Shown: piece after piece, positions 8,434 through 17,257 of the stretch
How the letters are laid out: each line of letters starts with the position of its first letter
How positions within the stretch are numbered: the stretch's first letter is position 1
Assembly: GCA_013138805.1 (NCBI GenBank)
Contig: WTCA01000015.1
Location: forward strand, 1 to 57,273
From: an archaeon
GTDB lineage: Archaea; EX4484-52; GLR71
Direction of reading: 5' to 3'
DNA: 57,273 bases
Made by a program: the position numbers and the translations under genes
Notes under the pieces: model-generated
The model's database searches: none
Seen by the model: only the letters and a program-made list of their open reading frames with translations
What the model was told of the DNA's origin: nothing

Positions 8434-8673
8434 ATGGTACATAGATTCAGGTCTGATGCACAGCGAAAGGCTGTGATGGGTAATTTTAGATCAAGATTAC
8501 CTAGGGTGGTTGTAGGAAAACATAAAGGGATTAAAGTTAGGCTTAGGTATCCTTCTGAGATGGCAGGCTATATAACCTATACTTTTGCATCCATATCGGA
8601 AGCCAATAGATATTTAGATAGTGGTTGGGTAAGTGACTGGGCTAAAAGGCGGGCAAAGATTACTAGATTATGA
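8434..8673 (+). CDS. Leader-B family protein
   Basis: N-terminus MVHRFRSDAQRKAVMGNF. 79 aa. Confidence 0.8.
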   Translation: MVHRFRSDAQRKAVMGNFRSRLPRVVVGKHKGIKVRLRYPSEMAGYITYTFASISEANRYLDSGWVSDWAKRRAKITRL

Positions 8674-8685
8674 TAAGGGGATTAT

Positions 8686-9189
8686 ATGGCGACAAGATTC
8701 ATGACTAAAGGCAAGGGCAATGGACGTAAAGTCATCCCTCTGAAGGACAGGGCATCTGTCGGGGTTAACCGACATGCTGTTAAGATACATCCTAATAATA
8801 TATCTAAGAATATATTTATATTCGGGGGTAAAGATAAAGATGGTAAAGAGATCATATATCATCTAAAAGATATGTTCTCTCCTGATGCTGTAGATATCGC
8901 AGACAGTTATCATAAGGATATTACTGGTATGGATAGGAATTTTGGTTGGGATTCTTCTGCGAGTGCGACAAAAGAATCTATATCTAGCTATTTTCCAGAT
9001 GGTGTCAGGTTTGTATCTATACCCAAAGATTATAAAGCTAAACCACATAAAAGGGATATCCTTGATGATATCATAGTATATGAATCTGGTGAGATGACTC
9101 CTGCTGAAGAATTAGCATTCTTTAAGAAGAATAAAGATATACTATCTAAGTTACAAGGACATTACGGTAGGCGTATAAGTCGTATGTGA
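8686..9189 (+). CDS. Leader-A family protein
   Basis: N-terminus MATRFMTKGKGNGRKVIPLKD. 167 aa. Confidence 0.8.
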   Translation: MATRFMTKGKGNGRKVIPLKDRASVGVNRHAVKIHPNNISKNIFIFGGKDKDGKEIIYHLKDMFSPDAVDIADSYHKDITGMDRNFGWDSSASATKESISSYFPDGVRFVSIPKDYKAKPHKRDILDDIIVYESGEMTPAEELAFFKKNKDILSKLQGHYGRRISRM

Positions 9190-9194
9190 TACTC

Positions 9195-9545
9195 ATGACA
9201 ACAAGATTCATAACAAAAGGCAAAGGTGCAGGCAGGAGAGTTATCCCTATATCTGCTTCTGTCTCTAATACTGCGCTGGCACGGGTATATAAAGAGATGG
9301 ACAAGACCTTTAAGGTAGGTAAGGAAGATGCATCACTGTATGTACATCTGAACCTTCGTAATGGAGAAGATATTGTATTGGATATCCCTAAAGAAAAGGT
9401 TGCGAAGCTATTGGCGGATATGGATACAGGTAAGTCTAAGAATGTTCTGATATTTGATGATGACTGTGCAGTCAGGATTGCAGATATAGTATCTATACAA
9501 GTAGATGATGCTGAAATGAGTGCTATAAGCCGACCTGAAGATTGA
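9195..9545 (+). CDS. Leader-A family protein
   Basis: Track ORF 9186..9545. The ATG at 9195 gives MTTRFITKGKGAGRRVIPIS. GTGATACTC precedes the ATG, as at 9569. Confidence 0.8.
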   Translation: MTTRFITKGKGAGRRVIPISASVSNTALARVYKEMDKTFKVGKEDASLYVHLNLRNGEDIVLDIPKEKVAKLLADMDTGKSKNVLIFDDDCAVRIADIVSIQVDDAEMSAISRPED

Positions 9546-9568
9546 TTGCATACTGTAAGGTGATACTC

Positions 9569-9970
9569 ATGACGACTAGATTTATGACCCAAGGCAGAGG
9601 TGCTGGCAGGAAAGTCATACCTATGAAAGGAATAGGCAATGGTTCAGTACTGCTTAAAGACATAAAGATTGATATGAGATCAGTCAAGCCTATGTCTGAG
9701 GCAGAGCAACTGTCCCGTATACGTGAACTGGTGAAGGTTCCCAAAGATAAGGATAAGCTTTGGGTCATATATGGTCAGAAAGATATGAAAAGACAGATCA
9801 ATCAGTCAGATGTATTCTTTATAGATTTCTATTTAGGAAAAGATGGTGCAAATAGATTATATACCACATATAAAGATAAGTTGCTTAAGAAATATGGTTA
9901 TGAGAGTGTAGGGGTGGCTAGAATGTTTAATTTCTATAACCCTAGATCACGTAAGTCAAAATATTTTTAG
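9569..9970 (+). CDS. Leader-A family protein
   Basis: Track ORF 9542..9970. The ATG at 9569 gives MTTRFMTQGRGAGRKVIPMKG. SD is AAGGTGA. Confidence 0.8.
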   Translation: MTTRFMTQGRGAGRKVIPMKGIGNGSVLLKDIKIDMRSVKPMSEAEQLSRIRELVKVPKDKDKLWVIYGQKDMKRQINQSDVFFIDFYLGKDGANRLYTTYKDKLLKKYGYESVGVARMFNFYNPRSRKSKYF

Positions 9971-9996
9971 TAAGCAGATGATATAGATATATTTTT

Positions 9997-10014
9997 CATG
10001 CTATCTTATAAACA
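9997..10014 (+). promoter_or_regulatory. recurrent promoter motif CATGCTATCTTATAAACA
   Basis: Exact 18-mer 34 nt upstream of the ATG at 10048. The promoter, 5' UTR and leader (about 115 bp) are duplicated at 12842-12957. Confidence 0.65.
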
Positions 10015-10047
10015 GCCTGATGCATATATCTGGTAGGGATAATCATC

Positions 10048-10617
10048 ATGACGACAGGATTCATGACAAAAGGCAGGGGTGCAGGCAGGAAAGTCATACC
10101 TATGAAAGACAGACCTGAGACTGTCGGGAAAGTCAGGGTCAAGCCTGCAACTGCCAGCCAGAGATTGATGGAAAGCATACATAAGACATGTAACGTCAGG
10201 TCTGCAGATGACCTGTATCCACATAGTGACATTTCACCTAACATGCGTATGGATAAAGATAGCGTAACTGCATATGTCAAGGATGTCAGGAAACCTATTG
10301 ATCCTCCTCATGTCCTAAAGAGGTTTCTGGATAGCATGTTCAAGAGATCTACATCCATCACAGACTTTGAGCCTGTGCCCAGATCAGTCCATCCTGAGGC
10401 TGATGCATTGATGCTGATCAATTCTGATGGCGACAGGACATTCATAGATAAGAGATACCTGAGACATGTCAAGGCTGTATTGGGTGATGATGTATATGTC
10501 CAGTTTGCAGAGAGCGATGCGCCCGTCTTCTTCGTGGACAGGAAGGACAGGGATGCTATCTTGATAGCTCCTATATTTTCTGAGGCACTGAGAAGCTATA
10601 TGTTCTCAAAGATGTAA
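10048..10617 (+). CDS. Leader-A family protein
   Basis: MTTGFMTKGRGAGRKVIPMKD. 189 aa. Confidence 0.8.
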   Translation: MTTGFMTKGRGAGRKVIPMKDRPETVGKVRVKPATASQRLMESIHKTCNVRSADDLYPHSDISPNMRMDKDSVTAYVKDVRKPIDPPHVLKRFLDSMFKRSTSITDFEPVPRSVHPEADALMLINSDGDRTFIDKRYLRHVKAVLGDDVYVQFAESDAPVFFVDRKDRDAILIAPIFSEALRSYMFSKM

Positions 10618-10625
10618 TGATCGAT

Positions 10626-10976
10626 ATGGTACGAAGATTCAAGTCTGAGGCACAGCGCAAGGCTGTCATGAGCAAGATATCCGAAAAAGAGAGTCCGTCA
10701 TATATACCTATATTTAAGAAGGCTCTTGCTGAACATATCAGACAGAAAAAGAAGATTATAGCTGTAGTACGTAGCTCTGATGTACGGGATATGCTGGTTG
10801 AAAATATATTGCATACACCTGAGATGCAAGCTCTCATAAATGAAGATTTTGTACGGATTGAATATCAGGAATCAGATGGTCGGGTGTTCCGTGAATCTAT
10901 ACCACGGAGGCTTTTGTCTAGGACGACTGATGAGTTGATTGATTCAGGCGCAAAGTATGTCGATGTAATTAGGTGA
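10626..10976 (+). CDS. Leader-B family protein
   Basis: Track ORF 10617..10976. The ATG at 10626 gives MVRRFKSEAQRKAVMSKI. Confidence 0.8.
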   Translation: MVRRFKSEAQRKAVMSKISEKESPSYIPIFKKALAEHIRQKKKIIAVVRSSDVRDMLVENILHTPEMQALINEDFVRIEYQESDGRVFRESIPRRLLSRTTDELIDSGAKYVDVIR

Positions 10977-10981
10977 TCATC

Positions 10982-11323
10982 ATGGTATTCAAGTCTCCAG
11001 CACAACGGAAAGCTGTCATGGTCAAGCTTAAAGGCACCCGCAAGCAGAGATTGGTTGAGAGACATCTGGACAACGGTGACATAGGCTCTGCATTCGCAGA
11101 GATCATGACGCAGGCTGGGCTCAGGGACAAGAAGGCAAGAGGCATAGTGTCATCCACAGTGTTCGGCAGGGTACCTCTGGAATATCTGGACGACACCACC
11201 AGAGACTCTGCGATCAAGGGTGTCTGGAACGGTACCAACAAGCAGATGATGGCAAAGAACACAGCTAACATAGTCATCAATGAGGCTATAGCCAAGCCCA
11301 AGCCGAAAGTAAAGAAAAAATAA
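10982..11323 (+). CDS. Leader-B family protein
   Basis: Track ORF 10973..11323. The ATG at 10982 gives MVFKSPAQRKAVMVKL. SD is AGGTGA. Confidence 0.8.
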   Translation: MVFKSPAQRKAVMVKLKGTRKQRLVERHLDNGDIGSAFAEIMTQAGLRDKKARGIVSSTVFGRVPLEYLDDTTRDSAIKGVWNGTNKQMMAKNTANIVINEAIAKPKPKVKKK

Positions 11324-11334
11324 AGGTGATGATA

Positions 11335-11988
11335 ATGGTACTGAGATCTCATGTCAATATGATGCTTGCACTGGTGGTCATGCTGGTGTCCATGTCAGGC
11401 ACCAGCCTTGCATATGTTGAGCTTCTGGATTACAGCTCGTCACCGCTCATGACAGGGCACACCCTCATCCTTGTCGTGCATCAGTTCACTTTAGGATACC
11501 AGCTGTATACCAATGAGACTATAGACAACTGCACCGTCGACTACGCATATATGATATATGAGCCGTATAAGCTGACGCCGTTGACGTTCATAAGATATGA
11601 CACTGTCGTCACTGTCCTGAACAAGACTGACGTCATAGCAGACAATGTCACGTGGAACTACATAACTGTCACCCTGCCCGTCAAGGACGAGGCAGAGTCA
11701 CGGTACATAGCTGATCTTGTATGCACGGACAGCTCAGGGGACTATGTCGAGCTGGGCTGTGTATCTGGATGCCTGTTGCCTGAGACTGACGGCGTGCACA
11801 TATATGACTATACAGAACGTGAGACCACTTTCAAGAACGTGATTGCAGGGTCTGGTCTGGGCGAGATCCCTGCTGGGTTCGTGCTGGGTCTGTCTGAGAA
11901 CGTGTCGATAACCGAGGCAGTCATGCTTCTCATCATACTGGCTGTCCTGTCCACCACTGTCGTGGTAGTCAATAAGATATTTAAATAG
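11335..11988 (+). CDS. secreted protein with GLTEN-type C-terminal anchor module
   Basis: Track ORF 11326..11988. Signal peptide ends ...SGTSLAYV. C-terminus is GLGEIPAGFVLGLSENVSITEAVMLLIILAVLSTTVVVVNKIFK. Confidence 0.75.
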   Translation: MVLRSHVNMMLALVVMLVSMSGTSLAYVELLDYSSSPLMTGHTLILVVHQFTLGYQLYTNETIDNCTVDYAYMIYEPYKLTPLTFIRYDTVVTVLNKTDVIADNVTWNYITVTLPVKDEAESRYIADLVCTDSSGDYVELGCVSGCLLPETDGVHIYDYTERETTFKNVIAGSGLGEIPAGFVLGLSENVSITEAVMLLIILAVLSTTVVVVNKIFK

Positions 11989-11994
11989 CATCTG

Positions 11995-12027
11995 ATCAGT
12001 GACATATCAGTGACTGATCAGCGACTG
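11995..12027 (+). repeat. 3 x 11-bp tandem repeat ATCAG(T/C)GAC(AT/TG)
   Basis: Units at 11995, 12006 and 12017, directly after the stop of 11335..11988. Confidence 0.7.
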
Positions 12028-12046
12028 TTTCTTCTGACCTCATAAA

Positions 12047-12057
12047 GACTTATAAAG
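12047..12057 (+). promoter_or_regulatory. TATA-like box GACTTATAAAG
   Basis: Same core as at 43-51. Upstream of 12137..12553. Confidence 0.35.
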
Positions 12058-12136
12058 TTATCATTGCTAAGATTTAATACAAAGTATCATTTAGTGTTCA
12101 CTGAACATATAATGATACTTGATTGAGATTGATAAT

Positions 12137-12553
12137 ATGAGAAAGAAAGTAACCACAGACATGCTTGTAGATAAGTTGCAGGCACAGTACGATGGCATGG
12201 GTCTGACCTTGCGTGAGCTGGGATCACTGCAACCATCCAAGAACCTGTCGCTGGACAGCATACCTGAATGGGGTAGGCGAAGGTTTGAGGTATGGTGCAG
12301 GATATACAATGAAGGCGGTTCTGTCTCGTTTGACAGGTTCAAGGAGATATGCATCAAGGCAGGATACAGCACTGCTGACGGTGACGGCGGACTCAAGACC
12401 AAAGGTATAGGCGGTCTGTTCTCAGGCGGAAAGAATGCTAGGATACAGTGGGGTGCCAACGGGTCTGATGTGTTCCTGACAGGCTCTGTCAAGGGCTATG
12501 TCGAGGCTTGGACTGGCTTCACCATGGATGAGGTTGCAGGGCTGTTCAAGTAG
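12137..12553 (+). CDS. hypothetical protein (no leader) inside the leader-gene array
   Basis: Track ORF 12119..12553 (TTG). The first ATG at 12137 gives MRKKVTTDML.... 138 aa. Confidence 0.6.
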   Translation: MRKKVTTDMLVDKLQAQYDGMGLTLRELGSLQPSKNLSLDSIPEWGRRRFEVWCRIYNEGGSVSFDRFKEICIKAGYSTADGDGGLKTKGIGGLFSGGKNARIQWGANGSDVFLTGSVKGYVEAWTGFTMDEVAGLFK

Positions 12554-12604
12554 TCCAGCCTAGCTTCATCTTCATCTTCATATTCATCTTTATCTTTTCT
12601 TTTA

Positions 12605-12631
12605 GGGGATTTTTTGTTTATCCCTCCCTTT
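12605..12631 (+). terminator. weak hairpin plus T-tracts (archaeal oligo-T terminator-like)
   Basis: GGGAT-TTTTTGTTT-ATCCC followed by TCCCTTTTTTT, downstream of 12553. Confidence 0.35.
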
Positions 12632-12841
12632 TTTTATAATCCATATTAGAGATATTGAAGCGTTTAGGTGTAGCTGATGAAAAAGATGATGACTAAATGA
12701 AAGGAAGATCCCTATGGTTCTAGAGATGACCCGAACAGGCACCGTAATAGGTTGGAGACTGCAAGGGCAGAGATAAAGAGAAAGTACAGGGATACAGGGC
12801 ATTGGGACTGCTGATGATATGGAAGATGCTGAGATCCATCT

Positions 12842-12859
12842 CATGCTATCTTATAAACA
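12842..12859 (+). promoter_or_regulatory. recurrent promoter motif CATGCTATCTTATAAACA
   Basis: Exact 18-mer 34 nt upstream of the ATG at 12893. Confidence 0.65.
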
Positions 12860-12892
12860 GACCTATGCATATATCTGGTATAGATGATTATC

Positions 12893-13357
12893 ATGGCGAC
12901 TAGATTCATGACCAAAGGCAAGGGTGCAGGCAGGAAAGTCATACCTATGAAAGACAGCGATGCTACCTTGAAACTTAAAATGCCTAAAAAGGTTACACCA
13001 GCAGATATTAAGTCAAGTAAAGATATCTATGTTTTGCAGGATAAGATCAACAGCCTGATATTCGATAGGCAGAAAGGTGCAGTCGACCCAGAGATGCTAC
13101 GGATAGTCATCCTGAATGAGAAAGCATATCATTTCAGGTTCCTGAAAGGGTATACTAAATGGAAAGCCATAGGTACATGGGAGACATATCCTGATGAGAC
13201 CAATACGGTGATAGAGATCATGTACAGAGATACAGAAGATGAAAGAGTAGGCATAGAATTAGTCAAGTTATTAGAGCAGTACAATGAACTTACATCTAAG
13301 GAAGATAAATTATTTGTTGCTACATATCCTATTGAAGAGACTAGCCTGTATACATAG
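12893..13357 (+). CDS. Leader-A family protein
   Basis: Track ORF 12884..13357. The ATG at 12893 gives MATRFMTKGKGAGRKVIPMKD. Confidence 0.8.
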   Translation: MATRFMTKGKGAGRKVIPMKDSDATLKLKMPKKVTPADIKSSKDIYVLQDKINSLIFDRQKGAVDPEMLRIVILNEKAYHFRFLKGYTKWKAIGTWETYPDETNTVIEIMYRDTEDERVGIELVKLLEQYNELTSKEDKLFVATYPIEETSLYT

Positions 13358-13418
13358 ATGCATCAAGATTATTGATATATGATCAAAAGATCAGATATAA
13401 AAAAGATAAGTGATTATC

Positions 13419-14192
13419 ATGGCGACTAGATTCATGACCAAAGGCAAGGGTGATGGCAGGAAGGTCATACCTCTCAAAGGCAGGGCATCTGTCAAGGCTC
13501 CTAAGAACATGGTGCCTAAGTACAGCAAGTTACAGAAGGCTATACTGTCCCTGATGGTCGAGGATACCGGTGCTAACCTATTGGATTCAGGCGGTGCATA
13601 CGGCAGGCACTATGAACGTAACCAGCAGGTCAAGGACTGGACAGCTGTTAAGGATCTCAGCTTTGATGAATTTGGATATACACGTAACCTGTTTCCGTTC
13701 TTGGTACAACAGCTGGATATCAATCCTGAAAGCCAGAAGTTGCAGGGACAGTTTGACAGGATGTCTGCCAAGTCTGACGAGCCGTACCTGAGCGACATGG
13801 AACAGTTCTTGGAGAAGCTGGCTAAGGATGGTAGGCTGGAATCAGATGATTACTTGGTCACTGAAAAACCTACTGTGATCAATACTTACAATGCAGAGTC
13901 TGCACTGTCACAGATACTGCAATATGCCCTGTTCATGGTTGACGGTGAATATTATGTCATATTGCAGGTGCACAACGGCTGTGATGCAAGGGGTGGGTAT
14001 ACCAAGCCTAAGATATTTGCAGTGCCTGACCCTGAATCTTTTATAATCCGTCAGAACGATGCCGATGTCACCACAAAGAAAGGTACATATACGACTGATG
14101 ATACATATAATTTCTATCCTGAGTCAGGTATCTCTGGTGAGCCTAAGCAGTGGGAAGACCTGTGGAAAGAGGGTATAGTGAGGATTAATTGA
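13419..14192 (+). CDS. Leader-A family protein
   Basis: Track ORF 13410..14192. The ATG at 13419 gives MATRFMTKGKGDGRKVIPLKG. The body contains LLDSGGAYGRHYERNQ and HNGCDARGGYTKP motifs. Confidence 0.8.
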   Translation: MATRFMTKGKGDGRKVIPLKGRASVKAPKNMVPKYSKLQKAILSLMVEDTGANLLDSGGAYGRHYERNQQVKDWTAVKDLSFDEFGYTRNLFPFLVQQLDINPESQKLQGQFDRMSAKSDEPYLSDMEQFLEKLAKDGRLESDDYLVTEKPTVINTYNAESALSQILQYALFMVDGEYYVILQVHNGCDARGGYTKPKIFAVPDPESFIIRQNDADVTTKKGTYTTDDTYNFYPESGISGEPKQWEDLWKEGIVRIN

Positions 14193-14193
14193 T

Positions 14194-14967
14194 ATGACAG
14201 CAAGCTTTATCACGAGAGGCAGGGGTGCAGGCAGGAAAGTCATACCTATAGGTATAGGTATACGCAAGCCTGTGGTTGTCAGGTATGAAGGGCTGGGAAG
14301 GGTGGCTCCGTCTAAGGCATATCTTACAGATATCGTAAAAGATGATACGGAACTGGAATACCTGAGCGATATCCATGATGATATGCAGTTCATCAATAAG
14401 ATGCGAAACCTTAAGTCAAGAGTGGTCAAGGCTATAGGACAGTCTGAGTATGATAGATGGATCAAGCTGTACAATGACATTGACTCTGGAGCTTTTGACT
14501 TTGATGAGTATGTCAGGCGTAATAAGGTGCACATATCTCTCTGGAGACATATACGTCACATGAGCGATATCGAGAAGTTTGAGGCAGTGCTAAAGCATAA
14601 GAGATATAGTCCTGATATAATAAGTGATTTTACTGCTATGTATCATTACGATTTCGGGTATCATGACTTGGACGGTGTCTCACGGCTTAAGTTTTTTCAT
14701 GTCGCAAAGCTTGTATATCCGGCAGTCAGGAAATATCTTGATACTGATCTGATAGATGAGGAACCTCAATATTATTATATATCAGGCAAGCGTAGAGAAA
14801 TGTTGCATGAAAAGTTCCTAAGAGAATACAATAATAAATATGGAAACAGGGACGGGTACCAGAGAGTTGAACTGGATGCCAGTGTAGGTACCAAAGAAGG
14901 AGAACCTCCAGAAGATGAGTTTGATGCATCTTTATATGCAGGCGCTATAGCTGGAGGAGCTATCTGA
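14194..14967 (+). CDS. Leader-A family protein (body paralogous to 21275..22015 and 24001..24702)
   Basis: MTASFITRGRGAGRKVIPIG. The body aligns with the two other copies (for example DRWIKLYNDIDSGAFDFDEY vs SGWVKLMCDIDDGSFDADSF). Confidence 0.8.
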   Translation: MTASFITRGRGAGRKVIPIGIGIRKPVVVRYEGLGRVAPSKAYLTDIVKDDTELEYLSDIHDDMQFINKMRNLKSRVVKAIGQSEYDRWIKLYNDIDSGAFDFDEYVRRNKVHISLWRHIRHMSDIEKFEAVLKHKRYSPDIISDFTAMYHYDFGYHDLDGVSRLKFFHVAKLVYPAVRKYLDTDLIDEEPQYYYISGKRREMLHEKFLREYNNKYGNRDGYQRVELDASVGTKEGEPPEDEFDASLYAGAIAGGAI

Positions 14968-14986
14968 ATAATATATGTGAGTACCA

Positions 14987-15775
14987 ATGATTAAAAGATT
15001 CATTACAAAAGGAAAAGGCAAGAGCAGGAAAGTCATACCGCTCAACGATGGAGGGGCTGGTGCCAAGGTGCCTGCAAAACGGTCTGTGAAAGCGGAAGAC
15101 TATACGGATTACAAGACGTCTAAAAGATACCTTGAGAACAAGCTGTCTGATGAGGGCGGTGACCTGTTAGGGAACCATTGGTCTATAGGTCGTACCTTTA
15201 CAGGCATCAAGTTAACCTTAGGCAATATGACCACTGCAGGCTGGTATTGGGTGGGTGAGGCTAAAGACATGGCAGGGTTTCTTGTCCGTATCATAGGTTC
15301 TAGGGTGCGCAAAGAGTTCATAGAGACCATGCGCAGGAACAATGTGGATTTCAGGAAAGTCAAGGGTGTTATGCTAAAGTCAATCTCTGAAGGTGACGGT
15401 CTGTACGAGATGACAGGCGATACTTTAAGATGGAAGTTCGGTACCACTATGCCAGAGGTTGATGAAGATACAGACTTTGATGATTTTGCGCAGGACAGAG
15501 ATGTCACGTTGACTGACGAGTTCAAGGATGAGGTCAGGGACAGGTATTATCCAGACATGCCTGACTATGATCATGTCAAGAAAAGATACATGGCAAGGTA
15601 CAAGGAAGAGATGAGAGAGGCAGTCATGGACTCTGGGTCATTTGAGGAGTTTACGGGCAAGGTGGCTGACATCCAGAAATCATTTGACTATGATATCATT
15701 GAAGATCTCAGCGAGACCATGGGTGCAGGGTTCAGGTCTGTGATGTTTGCTGTGGCAAAAGAGAGGAATATGTGA
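14987..15775 (+). CDS. Leader-A family protein
   Basis: MIKRFITKGKGKSRKVIPLND. 262 aa. Confidence 0.8.
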   Translation: MIKRFITKGKGKSRKVIPLNDGGAGAKVPAKRSVKAEDYTDYKTSKRYLENKLSDEGGDLLGNHWSIGRTFTGIKLTLGNMTTAGWYWVGEAKDMAGFLVRIIGSRVRKEFIETMRRNNVDFRKVKGVMLKSISEGDGLYEMTGDTLRWKFGTTMPEVDEDTDFDDFAQDRDVTLTDEFKDEVRDRYYPDMPDYDHVKKRYMARYKEEMREAVMDSGSFEEFTGKVADIQKSFDYDIIEDLSETMGAGFRSVMFAVAKERNM

Positions 15776-15785
15776 TGTGGTATAT

Positions 15786-16301
15786 ATGGTGAAGACAAGA
15801 TTCATTACGAAAGGCAAGGGTGCTGGTAAGAAAGTAATTCCGCTTAGGAGCATGGCTATATCTCAGGGTAAGAAAAATATATTCAGTAAAGATACTACTG
15901 CCAAAGAACTTCGTATATTTGTCAAGAGTAAGGTAGTGACCCAAGGTCGTAAGGCTGGAATGTCATATTCCTCATTTGATAAAGATGAACAGGTAACTCT
16001 TATGTCAATGGGCGTGACACCATTCTCTTATGTTTCAGTGGTCACGGATGACATGTTTCAGGCTAAGTTGCATAGGCTTGTTGACATGTTCTGGTCTGAT
16101 TCACACAGTGCATTCAAGGATGCATATGATATGTATATAGAGAGGCTACCTATATCAGATAACGCTAAGGAATGGTTCAAGGAAGACACTGTCCTGCAGG
16201 GGAATTTTGAAGAAGGTGCAAGAGATACATATGATATTGAGCAGGATATCATAGACCATTTTCCTGAGATGAAGAAAGTGTCTATGCAACTAAAAAAGTG
16301 A
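15786..16301 (+). CDS. Leader-A family protein
   Basis: Track ORF 15747..16301. The ATG at 15786 gives MVKTRFITKGKGAGKKVIPLRS. Confidence 0.8.
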   Translation: MVKTRFITKGKGAGKKVIPLRSMAISQGKKNIFSKDTTAKELRIFVKSKVVTQGRKAGMSYSSFDKDEQVTLMSMGVTPFSYVSVVTDDMFQAKLHRLVDMFWSDSHSAFKDAYDMYIERLPISDNAKEWFKEDTVLQGNFEEGARDTYDIEQDIIDHFPEMKKVSMQLKK

Positions 16302-16313
16302 TATGTGATATAT

Positions 16314-16829
16314 ATGGTGAAGACAAGATTCATGACAAAAGGCAGGGGTGCAGGACGTAAAGTTATACCTATGAAAGACCGACCTATGGCTGGCAAGGTC
16401 AATGTCAAGGTCAAGATAGACCCTAAGATGCAACTGCTAAAAAATATCAGGAAACGTAACGTCATAACTGAGCAGGAGCTTGGTCTGGTGATGGGACGGT
16501 TGAATAGCAAGGCATACGCTGTCGGTCAGGTCACAGAGATGATAGGGGATGAAGGTCTGGAGCTGACACCTGAACAGTCTCGGAAAGGTTACGGTTACCT
16601 GATGAACCAATGGAAAAGCCCTAAGACTGGTATGGAACGCAAGAACAATCCGTTTGGGTACATTGAACAGGAGATACTCAAGGATTTTGATAGGTTCTGC
16701 CTGAAAGATACATTTGATGCAGGCACAATTAATTTCAGTCATCATATCCCTATATATAAAGTATACTCAAAAATCTATGGATCATTTGAGTATCATATGG
16801 CTGGTGGCAAGGTCAATATCATAGGGTGA
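16314..16829 (+). CDS. Leader-A family protein
   Basis: Track ORF 16305..16829. The ATG at 16314 gives MVKTRFMTKGRGAGRKVIPMKD. Confidence 0.8.
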   Translation: MVKTRFMTKGRGAGRKVIPMKDRPMAGKVNVKVKIDPKMQLLKNIRKRNVITEQELGLVMGRLNSKAYAVGQVTEMIGDEGLELTPEQSRKGYGYLMNQWKSPKTGMERKNNPFGYIEQEILKDFDRFCLKDTFDAGTINFSHHIPIYKVYSKIYGSFEYHMAGGKVNIIG

Positions 16830-16834
16830 ATATC

Positions 16835-17242
16835 ATGACTAGATTCATAACGAAAGGCAGGGGTACTGGCAGGAAAGTCATACCTATCAAAGACAGGAAC
16901 AAGGCTGTCAAGTTCAGTATGGATGATGATGAGCTTGAGAGACCGTCTTTCAAGGACAGGTACCTGCGCAGTCTCAGGGACGATGCCAAGACCATGACAA
17001 CATCTGACCTGCAAGGCGTGGTGGGTGCAAAAGTGCACAGTCTGGCTGATGAGCAAGGCATTGTCCTCAAGGTGCCATTGCAGGCAGAGCTGGAAGACAT
17101 AATGCTCCAGTACGCATATGGTGAGATGGACATCAACTCAGCCCAGAGATTCATGACTGATATAATCATGAAAGCGGACAAGATACCTATCCAGTCAGGA
17201 GATGACAGGGCTAATTATGTATCTGAAGATGGATTATTTTAG
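16835..17242 (+). CDS. Leader-A family protein
   Basis: Track ORF 16826..17242. The ATG at 16835 gives MTRFITKGRGTGRKVIPIKD. Confidence 0.8.
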   Translation: MTRFITKGRGTGRKVIPIKDRNKAVKFSMDDDELERPSFKDRYLRSLRDDAKTMTTSDLQGVVGAKVHSLADEQGIVLKVPLQAELEDIMLQYAYGEMDINSAQRFMTDIIMKADKIPIQSGDDRANYVSEDGLF

Positions 17243-17257
17243 GGAGATGACTGTAAT

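Noticed and set aside
12602-12844. Minus-strand ORF of 80 aa in the non-coding island.
   Set aside because: It is an isolated antisense ORF inside a plus-strand array. It has no SD or promoter motif in the right orientation and has low-complexity Ser/Ile/Leu composition.
9146-16510. Long antisense ORFs (for example 9146..9592, 9523..9768, 9996..10280, 14124..14534, 16058..16510) that all contain a recurring GMTFLPAPLPFVMNLVVM-like peptide.
   Set aside because: The recurring peptide is simply the reverse-complement reading of the conserved leader-A DNA. These ORFs oppose a tightly coupled plus-strand operon and lack their own start context.
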